A stretch of 64,000 bases of DNA from an uncultured Muribaculaceae bacterium (GTDB lineage Bacteria; Bacteroidota; Bacteroidia; Bacteroidales; Muribaculaceae): positions 24,598 through 88,597 of the forward strand of contig CAPZWT010000004.1 of NCBI GenBank assembly GCA_948750375.1, read 5' to 3'. Below, in pieces: positions 1 to 9,407 of the stretch. Each line of letters opens with the position of its first letter. Within the stretch, counting starts at the first letter, position 1. Under the pieces are notes generated by a model. It worked only from the letters and a program-made list of their open reading frames with translations. It did no database searches and had not been told where the DNA came from. The position numbers were made by a program, and so were the translations under genes.

Positions 1-150
1 AGCGACATAGAGCCGTCGCCGTCCAACGAGCTCAATGGCGGAAGCTTCTGGAAGAAAGACGATATCGAAGCGGCCATAGGCTCCGGCGTGCTCACGCCCA
101 ACTTCGAGAGCGAATATATCAACTTGGTTAGACACATCACAAATGAGTGA
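1..150 (+). CDS. 3' end of a NUDIX-family hydrolase (partial, starts before the window)
   Basis: Frame 1 is open from base 1 to TGA at 148-150: SDIEPSPSNELNGGSFWKKDDIEAAIGSGVLTPNFESEY. This resembles the C-terminus of Bacteroidales NUDIX proteins. It overlaps the next ATG at 143. Confidence 0.6.
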   Translation, partial: SDIEPSPSNELNGGSFWKKDDIEAAIGSGVLTPNFESEYINLVRHITNE

Positions 151-1078
151 CTTCAAAATATTCGCTGCACCGCTCCAGGGCTACACCGAAGCCGCATGGA
201 GGGGCTTTCACGCACGTCTGACGGGCTGCATCGACGAGTACTTCACACCATTTCTCAGAATCGAGAAGGGCGAGATGCGTCGCCGCGATTTACGCGACCT
301 GACATCACAGCTCAACGAGGGGGCAAAAATCACGCCCCAGATAATTTTCGGCTCGATTGACGAATTCCGGCAGCTCACATCTACACTGTCGCAACTCGGC
401 TTTGACCGAATCGACATCAACATGGGCTGCCCCTTTCCGCCCCAGGTGCATCACGGTCGCGGAGCAGGTATGATTACGCGGACAGAGCTGCTCAAAACTC
501 TCTCCGAAGAGCTCTCACAAATGCCCGACATCAGCTTCTCTATCAAAATGCGTCTCGGCGCGACAGCCGACAACGAGTGGCGGCAGGCCATGCCCATAAT
601 CAACCGCATGCCGCTGCGACATGTCACGCTGCATCCGCGCATCGCCTCCCAGCAATATCGTGGAACGCTGAATTACAGCGAAGCGGCCTCATTTGCAGCC
701 GAATGCGCACATCCGCTGATATTCAACGGAGAAATTCACTCCACGGCCGACATCGCGACAGTGGTCGAGCGTTTTCAGTCGATAAAAGGCGTAATGCTCG
801 GTCGAGGATTGCTCGCCCGGCCAACGCTCGCCGCAGAGTACCGCTCAGACAAAGAAACATCCGATGAAGAAATACGAGCCTGCATTGTGGATCTTCACGA
901 GGCCATTTACAAAGCCACAGCACCTTCACTGTGCGGCGACAGCCAGATTCTTGCAAAGATGAAGCCTTTCTGGGAATACGCCGGCACAACCTTCGACCGC
1001 AAAGCAATGAAAGCTGTTGCGAAAGCACACACAACAAGTGCATATCTCGAGGCTGTGCGCAAACTCTCCTGCTTTTGA
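143..1078 (+). CDS. tRNA-dihydrouridine synthase family flavoprotein
   Basis: Dus motifs APLQGYT, IDINMGCP, SIKMRLG, LHPR, FNGEI and MLGRG. Confidence 0.9.
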   Translation: MSDFKIFAAPLQGYTEAAWRGFHARLTGCIDEYFTPFLRIEKGEMRRRDLRDLTSQLNEGAKITPQIIFGSIDEFRQLTSTLSQLGFDRIDINMGCPFPPQVHHGRGAGMITRTELLKTLSEELSQMPDISFSIKMRLGATADNEWRQAMPIINRMPLRHVTLHPRIASQQYRGTLNYSEAASFAAECAHPLIFNGEIHSTADIATVVERFQSIKGVMLGRGLLARPTLAAEYRSDKETSDEEIRACIVDLHEAIYKATAPSLCGDSQILAKMKPFWEYAGTTFDRKAMKAVAKAHTTSAYLEAVRKLSCF

Positions 1079-1133
1079 GTGTATTTTGACTTTTTTTGAT
1101 ACCGCATTATCATATAAATCATAATAAAACTCT

Positions 1134-1141
1134 TAACTTTG
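1134..1141 (+). promoter_or_regulatory. Bacteroidetes -7 promoter element for the gal operon
   Basis: TAACTTTG matches TAnnTTTG, 28 nt upstream of the galK ATG in AT-rich DNA. Confidence 0.6.
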
Positions 1142-1169
1142 CAAATCATCTAATACTATAATCAGCCAA

Positions 1170-2321
1170 ATGGAACTCCAGAAAAAAATCGACAGTACAT
1201 TCGAATCCCGTTTTGGCGGTCATGGCGCAGTATATGCATCTGCCGGCCGCATCAACCTCATAGGCGAACACACCGACTATAACGGCGGTTTTGTGTTTCC
1301 CGGCGCCATCGACAAAGTTATCATGGCCGAAATCCGTCCTAACGATACAGACACAGTAAGAGTTTTCTCAATTGATATAGACGAGTACACCGAATTCGGT
1401 CTCAACGAAGCCGACGCCCCCAAACAGTCGTGGGCCCGCTACATATTCGGCGTATGCCGCGAAATACTCAAACGCGGAGGCAACGTGCATGGCTTCGACG
1501 CCGTATTTGCCGGCAATGTACCTCTGGGAGCAGGCCTGAGCTCATCGGCCGCACTCGAGTCGTGCTTCGCTTTCGCAATCAACGACCTCTTCAACAACAA
1601 CCAGATTGATAAATTCGAGCTTGCCCGAATCGGCCAGTCGACCGAACACAATTATTGCGGCGTAAACTGCGGCATCATGGACCAGTTTGCCTCCGTCATG
1701 GGCAAAGCCGGCCACCTCATGCGTCTCGACTGCCGCTCGATGGAGTTTGAATACTTTCCCTTCTGCCCCGAGAACCACTCGCTGGTACTCATCGACTCGC
1801 GCGTAAAACATGAACTTGCCGACTCACCCTACAACAAACGCCGCGCATCGTGCGAGCGTGTGGCAAAACGCCTCGGCATCGAAACTCTCCGCGACGCTGA
1901 CATGGACATGCTCAACGCCATCAAGACCGACATCACTGCAGAAGACTATTTCAGAGCAAAATTCGTCATCGAAGAAAAAGAGCGCGTTCTCACAGTCTGC
2001 GACGCCCTCGTCAACGGCGACTACGAAACCGTGGGCCGCTGCATGTACGAGACACACGCCGGTCTCTCGAAAGACTACGAAGTAAGCTGTGAGGAGCTCG
2101 ACTACCTCAACGATGTAGCACGTGAATGCGGTGTGACCGGTTCGCGCATCATGGGCGGCGGCTTCGGCGGCTGCACAATCAACCTTGTCGAAAACGACAA
2201 GATGGACAAATTTGTCGAAGAAGCTAAAAAACGCTTCAACGAAAAATATGGCCACGAACCCAAGGTCTACCCCGTTGTAATCAGCGACGGCGCACACAAA
2301 GTGTGCGAGGCCACTCACTAA
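1170..2321 (+). CDS. galK: Galactokinase
   Basis: GRINLIGEHTDYN galactokinase signature, GHMP motif PLGAGLSSSAA, CGIMDQF and GGGFGGC. Confidence 0.97.
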   Translation: MELQKKIDSTFESRFGGHGAVYASAGRINLIGEHTDYNGGFVFPGAIDKVIMAEIRPNDTDTVRVFSIDIDEYTEFGLNEADAPKQSWARYIFGVCREILKRGGNVHGFDAVFAGNVPLGAGLSSSAALESCFAFAINDLFNNNQIDKFELARIGQSTEHNYCGVNCGIMDQFASVMGKAGHLMRLDCRSMEFEYFPFCPENHSLVLIDSRVKHELADSPYNKRRASCERVAKRLGIETLRDADMDMLNAIKTDITAEDYFRAKFVIEEKERVLTVCDALVNGDYETVGRCMYETHAGLSKDYEVSCEELDYLNDVARECGVTGSRIMGGGFGGCTINLVENDKMDKFVEEAKKRFNEKYGHEPKVYPVVISDGAHKVCEATH

Positions 2322-2335
2322 AAAAGCATTGCCAC

Positions 2336-2372
2336 GAGATAGCCGGACGCCTCTCCCGGCTATCTCATTTTT
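2336..2372 (+). terminator. Stem-loop between galK and galE
   Basis: Perfect 11-bp inverted repeat GAGATAGCCGG (2336-2346) / CCGGCTATCTC (2356-2366), followed by ATTTTT. Confidence 0.55.
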
Positions 2373-2398
2373 ACAATAATCAAAATCATTTAGAGACA

Positions 2399-3433
2399 GT
2401 GACCGAATATAAAGACACAGTACTCGTATCGGGCGGAGCCGGATATATCGGCACCCACACAGCCGTCGCCCTTATAGAAGCAGGCTACGACGTAGTAATT
2501 ATCGACAACTTCTCAAACAGCGAACCGACAGCAATCGAAGGCGTCGAAAAAATCGTAGGCCGCAAAGTAGCCTTCGAAGAAGTCGACACATGCGACATCA
2601 ATGCCCTTCGCGGCATTTTCGAACGTTATCAGTTCAGCTCGGTAATCCACTTTGCAGCATATAAGGCCGTGGGCGAATCGATGCAGGAGCCTCTGAAATA
2701 CTATATGAACAACCTGGTGTCATATATGAACATTCTGGAGCTCATGAAGGTATTCAAGCGTCCCAACGTGCTCTTCTCTTCTTCGGCCACAGTATACGGC
2801 GACGCCGAGACACTGCCCGTAACCGAGCAGACACCCCGTCAGCCGGCTACATCGCCCTACGGCAACACTAAGCAGATTGCCGAAGACATTCTCCGCGACT
2901 GCTGCCGCGCTTACGAGGGCTTCCATGGCATTGCGCTGCGCTACTTCAATCCTATAGGCGCACATCCCAGCGCTCTGATTGGCGAACTTCCTCGCGGTGT
3001 GCCCAACAACCTGATTCCATTCATCACCCAGACCGCCGCAGGCATACGCCAGTGCCTGTCGGTTTTCGGCAACGACTACAACACTCCCGACGGCACCTGT
3101 CTGCGCGACTATATCGACGTGCTCGACCTTGCTAAAGCCCATGTGGCCGCTGTCGACCGTATGGTCGACGGAAAGATGAACGAAAAATACGAGATTTTCA
3201 ACGTCGGCACCGGAAAGCCGCTGTCGGTGCTCGAGCTTCTCAACCGCTTTATTAAAGCCAACGGCGTCGATGTCCCCTACAAGATTGTAGCGCGACGCGA
3301 CGGCGACGTGCCTGCCGTTTGGGCCGACACTTCTCTGGCTAATGAAGAACTGAGCTGGAAAGCCGAACGCGACATCGACGACACCTTGCGTGCTTCGTGG
3401 AATTGGGAGAAACATGTTCGCGGCATAAAATAA
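2399..3433 (+). CDS. galE: UDP-glucose 4-epimerase
   Basis: GGAGYIG Rossmann motif, HFAAYKAVGES, YxxxK (YGNTK), LRYFNP and RDYI. The start is placed at GTG 2399 because the ORF-track start (2303) lies inside galK and spans the hairpin. Confidence 0.95.
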   Translation: MTEYKDTVLVSGGAGYIGTHTAVALIEAGYDVVIIDNFSNSEPTAIEGVEKIVGRKVAFEEVDTCDINALRGIFERYQFSSVIHFAAYKAVGESMQEPLKYYMNNLVSYMNILELMKVFKRPNVLFSSSATVYGDAETLPVTEQTPRQPATSPYGNTKQIAEDILRDCCRAYEGFHGIALRYFNPIGAHPSALIGELPRGVPNNLIPFITQTAAGIRQCLSVFGNDYNTPDGTCLRDYIDVLDLAKAHVAAVDRMVDGKMNEKYEIFNVGTGKPLSVLELLNRFIKANGVDVPYKIVARRDGDVPAVWADTSLANEELSWKAERDIDDTLRASWNWEKHVRGIK

Positions 3434-3447
3434 ATATCGACAAAAAC

Positions 3448-4488
3448 ATGCTCACGACATCAAAATATCCCTCGCCCAAAGGCGACATAACTCTCATCAG
3501 CATCACCAACGCCTCGGGTGCGAAAACCATACTCAGCACCCTCGGCGCCGGCATTGTTGAAGTAAATGTGCCCGACAAAGACGGAAAACTCGACGATGTA
3601 GTGCTCGGATATGCAAATCCGGCCGACTATATCGGCGACGGCCCCTGCGCCGGCAAGTGCCCCGGACGGTATGCCAACCGTATCGCCGGCGGCCGGCTCA
3701 GCGTAGAGGGAAAAGACTATCAGCTCGAAATAAACAACGGACCCAATGCACTCCACGGCGGCTCGGAGGGCTTCCAGAATCAGATATGGACGCTCGAGAA
3801 AGCCGACGGCAACACCGTTGTGATGCGCTACGACGCAGCCGACGGAGAAGCCAACTACCCCGGCGCTCTCACCGTGCGCGCAACTTATGTGTGGAGCGAC
3901 GACAACGAGCTTCAACTCACTCTCGAAGCCACAACTTCGGCAGCGACCGTTGTCAACCTCACAAACCACGCATACTGGAATCTAGCCGGTCACAACGCCG
4001 GCTCCGTTCTGAGCGAAAAACTCACACTCCGGGCATCCAACTATCTGCCCACCGACAGCACCCTCATTCCCGAAGGCGTGCTTGTGCCTGTGGCTGGTTC
4101 GCCCATGGACTTCACCAAGCCCAAAGCGCTCGGAGCAGAGATAAAATTGGAATTCCCGGCTCTTATCTACGGCAAGGGATACGACAATTGCTGGGCCGTG
4201 GATAATTACACTCCCGGCAAAATTCAGATTGTTGCCATCCTCACCGACAACAATACAGGCCGCAGTCTCACAGTGTCGTCCGACCAGCCCGGCGTGCAGA
4301 TTTACACCGGTAACTGGCTCGCCGGTTGCCCTGCCAACAAATCCGGACGAAGCTACGACGACTACGACGGCGTGGCCATAGAGTGTCAGGATTTCCCCGA
4401 CGCTCCGCACCACCCTGCCTTCCCCTCCACGATGCTGCTCCCCGGCGACAAATATTGCCGCCACATAAACTTCAAATTTTCTGTATAA
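3448..4488 (+). CDS. galM: Aldose 1-epimerase (galactose mutarotase)
   Basis: GRYANRI, LHGG, NLTNHAYWNL, GYDNCW, QIYTGN and AIECQ motifs. ATG at 3448. Confidence 0.93.
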   Translation: MLTTSKYPSPKGDITLISITNASGAKTILSTLGAGIVEVNVPDKDGKLDDVVLGYANPADYIGDGPCAGKCPGRYANRIAGGRLSVEGKDYQLEINNGPNALHGGSEGFQNQIWTLEKADGNTVVMRYDAADGEANYPGALTVRATYVWSDDNELQLTLEATTSAATVVNLTNHAYWNLAGHNAGSVLSEKLTLRASNYLPTDSTLIPEGVLVPVAGSPMDFTKPKALGAEIKLEFPALIYGKGYDNCWAVDNYTPGKIQIVAILTDNNTGRSLTVSSDQPGVQIYTGNWLAGCPANKSGRSYDDYDGVAIECQDFPDAPHHPAFPSTMLLPGDKYCRHINFKFSV

Positions 4489-4514
4489 ACCCAGACTATC
4501 ACACACATAACAAT

Positions 4515-5426
4515 ATGAAACCAACATTATTCGTACTGGCTGCCGGTATGGGCAGCCGTTACGGCGGACTCAAACAGCTCGACGGCCTCGGCCCCAACGG
4601 CGAGACAATAATGGACTACTCCGTATACGATTCCATTAAGGCCGGATTCGGAAAAGTAGTATTCGTTATCCGCAAAGATTTTGAGCAGGATTTCCGCGAA
4701 AAAGTACTCAGCAAATATGAAGGCGTAGTGCCCACAGAAGTCGTTTTCCAGGCTCTCGACAAGCTTCCCGAAGGCTACACCTGCCCGGCCGACCGCACCA
4801 AGCCATGGGGTACAAACCATGCCGTGCTCATGGGCAAAGAAGCCATTGCCGAACCCTTTGCTGTAATCAACGCCGACGACTTCTATGGCCGTGACGCATT
4901 TCGCGTAATCGCCGAAGAACTTCAGCGTCCGCACGACCGCAAAGGCGACTACTGCATGGTGGGCTTCCGTGTAGGCAACACAATGACCGAAAACGGCTCG
5001 GTAGCACGCGGTGTCTGCCAGACCGAAAACGGCCTGCTCACATCGGTTGTTGAACGCACTGCAATAAGCTACGACAAGGAGCACAACATTGTTTTCACCG
5101 ACGAAAACGGCGAAGTGCAGACCCTCGAGCCCAATACTCCCGTGTCGATGAATCTGTGGGGCTTCACTCCCGACTACTTCGACTACAGCGAGCGTGAATT
5201 CAAAAAATTTCTCGACCACGACATCAACACCCCAAAAGCCGAGTTCTTCATTCCGCTCTGCATTGACACACTTATCAACAGCAAGGAAGCCACTGTAAAA
5301 GTGCTCGACACCGACTCAAAATGGTTTGGCGTGACATATAGCGCAGACCGTCCCGGTGTGGTCGAAAAATTCGCCGAACTGCACCGCGAAGGCGTTTATC
5401 CCTCGCCCCTTTTCAAAAAAGACTGA
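4515..5426 (+). CDS. Sugar-phosphate nucleotidyltransferase (NTP_transferase family)
   Basis: LAAGMGSRYGGLKQ pyrophosphorylase loop, KPWGT and INADDFYG. ATG at 4515, 26 nt after the galM stop. Confidence 0.88.
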   Translation: MKPTLFVLAAGMGSRYGGLKQLDGLGPNGETIMDYSVYDSIKAGFGKVVFVIRKDFEQDFREKVLSKYEGVVPTEVVFQALDKLPEGYTCPADRTKPWGTNHAVLMGKEAIAEPFAVINADDFYGRDAFRVIAEELQRPHDRKGDYCMVGFRVGNTMTENGSVARGVCQTENGLLTSVVERTAISYDKEHNIVFTDENGEVQTLEPNTPVSMNLWGFTPDYFDYSEREFKKFLDHDINTPKAEFFIPLCIDTLINSKEATVKVLDTDSKWFGVTYSADRPGVVEKFAELHREGVYPSPLFKKD

Positions 5427-5455
5427 AACAGAATCTTTAACAAATTTAAATACAC

Positions 5456-5491
5456 AGCCGCACGGAATTCCATCAAGCCGTGCGGCTTTTT
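5456..5491 (+). terminator. Rho-independent terminator of the gal operon
   Basis: AGCCGCACGG / CCGTGCGGCT 10-bp stem followed by a T run. Confidence 0.8.
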
Positions 5492-5623
5492 CATTTTTGC
5501 GCTGCAAAACATGCTTTACATATAGTATTAATAATCAATTAATTACAGATGAAATTCAAACACTCTTAAAACACCTTAAGAAATTTTATCGCGAGAAAAG
5601 GAACAAAAACGGGCAAAAATTAC

Positions 5624-5631
5624 TATCTTTG
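5624..5631 (+). promoter_or_regulatory. -7 promoter element for ndk
   Basis: TATCTTTG, 46 nt upstream of the ndk ATG. Confidence 0.55.
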
Positions 5632-5677
5632 AAGAATCGAAACTACTAATTAACAGGCATTAACACCTCTCCCTCTT

Positions 5678-6139
5678 ATGGAGCAGACATTCATAATCCT
5701 CAAACCCTCGACCATAAACCGCGGCCTTGTAGGCGACGTTATCACACGTTTTCAGCGCAAAGGACTCATTATAGCAGGCATCAAAATGATGCAGCTCGAC
5801 GAAAAAATACTCCGTGAGCATTACGCTCACCTTGTCGACCGTCCCTTCTTTCCTCTTCTTGAAAAGTCGATGATGGCGACACCGGTAATCGTTATGGTAC
5901 TTCGCGGCATTGATGTAGTGAGCGTAGTACGTGGCATGGTAGGTGCCACAAACTGCCGCAAGGCGACTCCGGGCACTATCCGCGGCGATTTTGGCATGAG
6001 TGGCCAGGAAAATATTGTCCATGCCTCCGACAGCATCGAAAATGCAGCTGTCGAAATAGCGAGATTCTTCCGTCCGGAAGAAATTTTCGACTATGAGCAG
6101 CTTACTTTTCCTGCCATATACTCGCCCGACGATTTCTAA
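5678..6139 (+). CDS. ndk: Nucleoside diphosphate kinase
   Basis: EQTFIILKP, PGTIRGDF and NIVHASDS (catalytic His). Confidence 0.96.
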   Translation: MEQTFIILKPSTINRGLVGDVITRFQRKGLIIAGIKMMQLDEKILREHYAHLVDRPFFPLLEKSMMATPVIVMVLRGIDVVSVVRGMVGATNCRKATPGTIRGDFGMSGQENIVHASDSIENAAVEIARFFRPEEIFDYEQLTFPAIYSPDDF

Positions 6140-6235
6140 TCGAGAGCCTCGTAAGCTCCTCCGGAGCTGAAAAAAAATGACACACTCTGCAATCTAATTG
6201 ATAAACCTCTCTATTTCATTCAACTTCGCCAACTA

Positions 6236-7204
6236 ATGAAAATTTCTATAATTGCACTCACAACTGCACTGCTCTTCGGGTTCGGAGCCTCGGCGCAGGA
6301 TTTTCGTCTACCCGACAGGCATCAGTCGCAGCACGGCCAGCTGCTTGCCAATCAAGGAAACACCGTGTTGCCCGTAGAGAGCACAACAAAATACCTCGAA
6401 GAGCTCTTCAGCGAAGAAGAAGAGCCCGAATTCGACATATATACCGAAGGCTGGGACAGCAAACTCGTGAACTGCTACGCCGGCGTTGAAGTGGCCCAGA
6501 CAGCAGAAATCGACGTATCGAAGTTCTGCATGCCCACTCCCGGTTATATAACATCGCCTTACGGCTACCGCAGACGCTTCCGCCGCATGCACAAAGGCAT
6601 TGACCTCAAAGTGAACATCGGCGATACAATACGTGCGGCTTTCGACGGCCGCGTACGCATCACCAACTACGACCGAAAAGGCTACGGATATTACGTTGTG
6701 ATACGTCACACCAACGACCTCGAAACCGTATACGGACACCTCTCGAAATTCCTTATTGAACCCGATGCGTATGTCAAAGCCGGCGACCCCATAGCCCTTG
6801 GAGGCAACACAGGCCGCTCCACAGGCCCACACCTCCACTTTGAGACACGTTATATGGGTTATGCCATAAACCCCAGCGCGATTTTCGACTTCGCCAACCA
6901 GACAACCCATACCGATACTTACACATTCGACAAGCGTACATATCAGGAAGCTCGCAACTTCTCTGTTGCTGCAAACCAGGCATACGCCAACGAATACCGC
7001 AAGAAAAATCCTCCGAAGCCCTATGTGAAATCAACGGCAGCCGCCACAACACGCTCCACATCATCGAGCTACCGCATACGTAAAGGCGACACCCTCAGCA
7101 AAATCGCATCGCGCAACGGCACTACAGTGGCCAAACTTTGCGCTTTAAACGGCCTCAAAACCACTTCAAAACTTAGTGTGGGCCAGCGAATCAAACTGCG
7201 CTGA
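6236..7204 (+). CDS. M23 family peptidoglycan endopeptidase with C-terminal LysM
   Basis: Signal peptide; M23 motifs HKGIDL, YGHL and STGPHLHFE; C-terminal LysM YRIRKGDTLSKIA...LSVGQRIKL. Confidence 0.92.
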   Translation: MKISIIALTTALLFGFGASAQDFRLPDRHQSQHGQLLANQGNTVLPVESTTKYLEELFSEEEEPEFDIYTEGWDSKLVNCYAGVEVAQTAEIDVSKFCMPTPGYITSPYGYRRRFRRMHKGIDLKVNIGDTIRAAFDGRVRITNYDRKGYGYYVVIRHTNDLETVYGHLSKFLIEPDAYVKAGDPIALGGNTGRSTGPHLHFETRYMGYAINPSAIFDFANQTTHTDTYTFDKRTYQEARNFSVAANQAYANEYRKKNPPKPYVKSTAAATTRSTSSSYRIRKGDTLSKIASRNGTTVAKLCALNGLKTTSKLSVGQRIKLR

Positions 7205-7225
7205 CACCATTTTAAAACATCATAG

Positions 7226-7263
7226 CAAGCCACATCACCAATACGATGCGGCTTGTGTTTTTT
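7226..7263 (+). terminator. Terminator after the M23/LysM gene
   Basis: CAAGCCACATC / GATGCGGCTTG imperfect stem followed by TGTTTTTT. Confidence 0.65.
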
Positions 7264-7333
7264 ATATGCCTACGTTCTCCTGAATTAAACTATACAGCCA
7301 TATCCTCTCAAGCCGACGGCAAGCGACAAGTAA

Positions 7334-8050
7334 TTATAGTTTGATTGCCGAAGTCTTTGAGCTCCGATATATCCTGATATCTGTCAATCTTACGATATTC
7401 AAAACCTTGTATAATAATTTTTCCGAACCTGCCAATGCCAGGCCGTCAAAGGTGACAGAACCTGATTCAAGAACAAATTTCACTGTCACAACTTTCGGCT
7501 CAAAGAAAACCTTTGCATCTCCTGTATAGAAGCCTGTCCAATTACCATATGAGCGAATATTTTCAGCCACTTGATAATAAGGTCGGAGCTAAAACCGCCG
7601 ATTGCTATGCAGCCCGGGCCGAATGAAATATTGGTCAGACTTTTAGCATTTGCAAACGGGCCGGAACCAATCAGGCATCTTCCCAGAAGGATCTGTCAGA
7701 CTGTCGAATGACATCCATGAATAACCTAAGGTCAGACGCTCGGGAGCATCACTGAAGTTTATACTCCGTATTGACGTGCAGCCTTTGAAAGACCCTTTTC
7801 CTATAGAAATAATATGAGCAGGAATATTCAGACTGACCAAGCCTGTGCATCCCGTAAACCAAGACTCGGGAATAGTCGTCAAACCTTCCAGTAAATTATG
7901 CTCGCGAAGTTCCGGTTGATTCTTAAAATGAAGGATTCCGGAATCTCGACAACTCCCGTGTGAAAATTTACCTGAGAGGAGTTATTGCCATAGGTAACTG
8001 GGCCCACGTATGCCGTACCGTCTTTGCATTGTATAGCCCATAACTCATTG
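7334..8050 (-). pseudogene. Fragmented BspA-type (LRR_5) leucine-rich-repeat surface protein remnant
   Basis: Minus-strand pieces in different frames: HTGVVEIPESF, LTTIPESWFTGCTGLVSLNIPAHIISIGKGSFKGCTSIRSINF and TNISFGPGCIAIGGFS. They are broken by stops and frameshifts. Confidence 0.7.
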
Positions 8051-8270
8051 GTTTAATCAAGATTAATTATAAGATTGGTATATAGTCTTAAGCTTGCTAA
8101 TTTCTATACAAATTAAATCTTATTTCACATATTCCCCCTAATGTCAACGGATTATTTTTTTTGAATATATAGCCTTTTACACACTATGCATTGAACTATC
8201 CTCCGGTAGCGACACAGAAAACTGAAATTACATCAACAACACAAAAAATTATCTAAATAATTGTGGCTTG

Positions 8271-8301
8271 TTTGAAAATAAAGCAAAATGTTATACTTTT
8301 G
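8271..8301 (+). promoter_or_regulatory. Bacteroidetes sigma-A promoter (-33 TTTG / -7 TAnnTTTG) of the dap operon
   Basis: TTTG at 8271-8274 and TACTTTTG at 8294-8301, with a 19-nt spacer. Confidence 0.7.
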
Positions 8302-8376
8302 CAACCTATTCAGATTAAAAATCTTTCCTTGTCTTACTGAGCTCATTATTGGGTACAATAATAACTAAGGTATAAA

Positions 8377-9390
8377 TTGAAAGAGTCAGAACTAAGATTT
8401 TTCAGAGAGATACTGGAGATAAACTCCACAACCGGAGAGGAGCGAAAACTTGCCGATATGCTTCTTGCCCACATGAGGGACGAGGGTATTGATGCGGAAT
8501 TTGCACCGATGCCTCATGATGCGATACAGCCGGCTAATGTCTTTGCCAAATGGGGCCGGCCAGATATTGTTTTCTGCACACACCTCGATACTGTGCCTCC
8601 CTACATATCACCTGCCTTCGACGGTGATGAAGTGAGAGGTCGCGGCTCTTGCGACGCCAAGGGGCAGATAATTTCCATGTATCTTGCATGCTGTCGTCTG
8701 GCGGCCGAAGGGGCAACTGATTTCGGTCTCCTGCTTCTCCACGGAGAGGAAACAGGCTCGTTTGGAGCCAAGGAATTCCGGACATTACCCGGCGGAGAAC
8801 TTGTTATCGTAGGCGAACCAACCGACAATTGCATGGTAAAAGCCAGCAAAGGAACCAAAGCTTTCGCCATAACTGTCACCGGCAAAAGTTTTCATTCCGG
8901 ATATCCTGAAAACGGCGACAGTGCAATTGACAGATTCATTGATTTTTCCACGGCTCTCAGAGAAAAAGAGTTTACCCACGACCCCGTTCTCGGTGCTACA
9001 AGCTACAACATCGGCAAACTCATAAGCGACAATCCGCAGAATATCATAAGCGACAAACTCTGTTGTCGAGTCTATTTCCGCACAACCTTTTCAAGCGATA
9101 GTCAAGTGAGCGAATTCATGGCCTCTCTTGCCTCTAATCATATAAAAATAGAGCCGCTTGGAGGCGATAGCCCAATGAACTATCTGACACTGCCGGGCTT
9201 CCCGACCACCACAATATCATTCGGAAGCGACGCCCCGCAACTCACTAACTTCAAAGAGCGCATTCTCTGCGGTGCCGGCTCTATACTTGTGGCACATCGC
9301 CCCGAAGAGCATATAAGGCTCGAGGAAATCGACAAAGCAGTGAAGCAATATGTCGATATTTATCACTTCTATAAGAATCAAAAACAGTAA
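8377..9390 (+). CDS. M20 family metallohydrolase (ArgE/DapE-like), probable succinyl-DAP desuccinylase by context
   Basis: HLDTVP, GRGSCDAKG, GEET, GEPT and AHRPEE zinc-site motifs. TTG start. First gene of the dap operon. Confidence 0.85.
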   Translation: MKESELRFFREILEINSTTGEERKLADMLLAHMRDEGIDAEFAPMPHDAIQPANVFAKWGRPDIVFCTHLDTVPPYISPAFDGDEVRGRGSCDAKGQIISMYLACCRLAAEGATDFGLLLLHGEETGSFGAKEFRTLPGGELVIVGEPTDNCMVKASKGTKAFAITVTGKSFHSGYPENGDSAIDRFIDFSTALREKEFTHDPVLGATSYNIGKLISDNPQNIISDKLCCRVYFRTTFSSDSQVSEFMASLASNHIKIEPLGGDSPMNYLTLPGFPTTTISFGSDAPQLTNFKERILCGAGSILVAHRPEEHIRLEEIDKAVKQYVDIYHFYKNQKQ

Positions 9391-9407
9391 ACCTTTACTC
9401 CAGTGAT

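Noticed and set aside
8100..8376. Possible lysine riboswitch or leader peptide upstream of the dap operon
   Set aside because: The promoter lies only ~75 nt from the start codon, too short for a lysine riboswitch, and no conserved riboswitch core or Lys-rich leader was seen.
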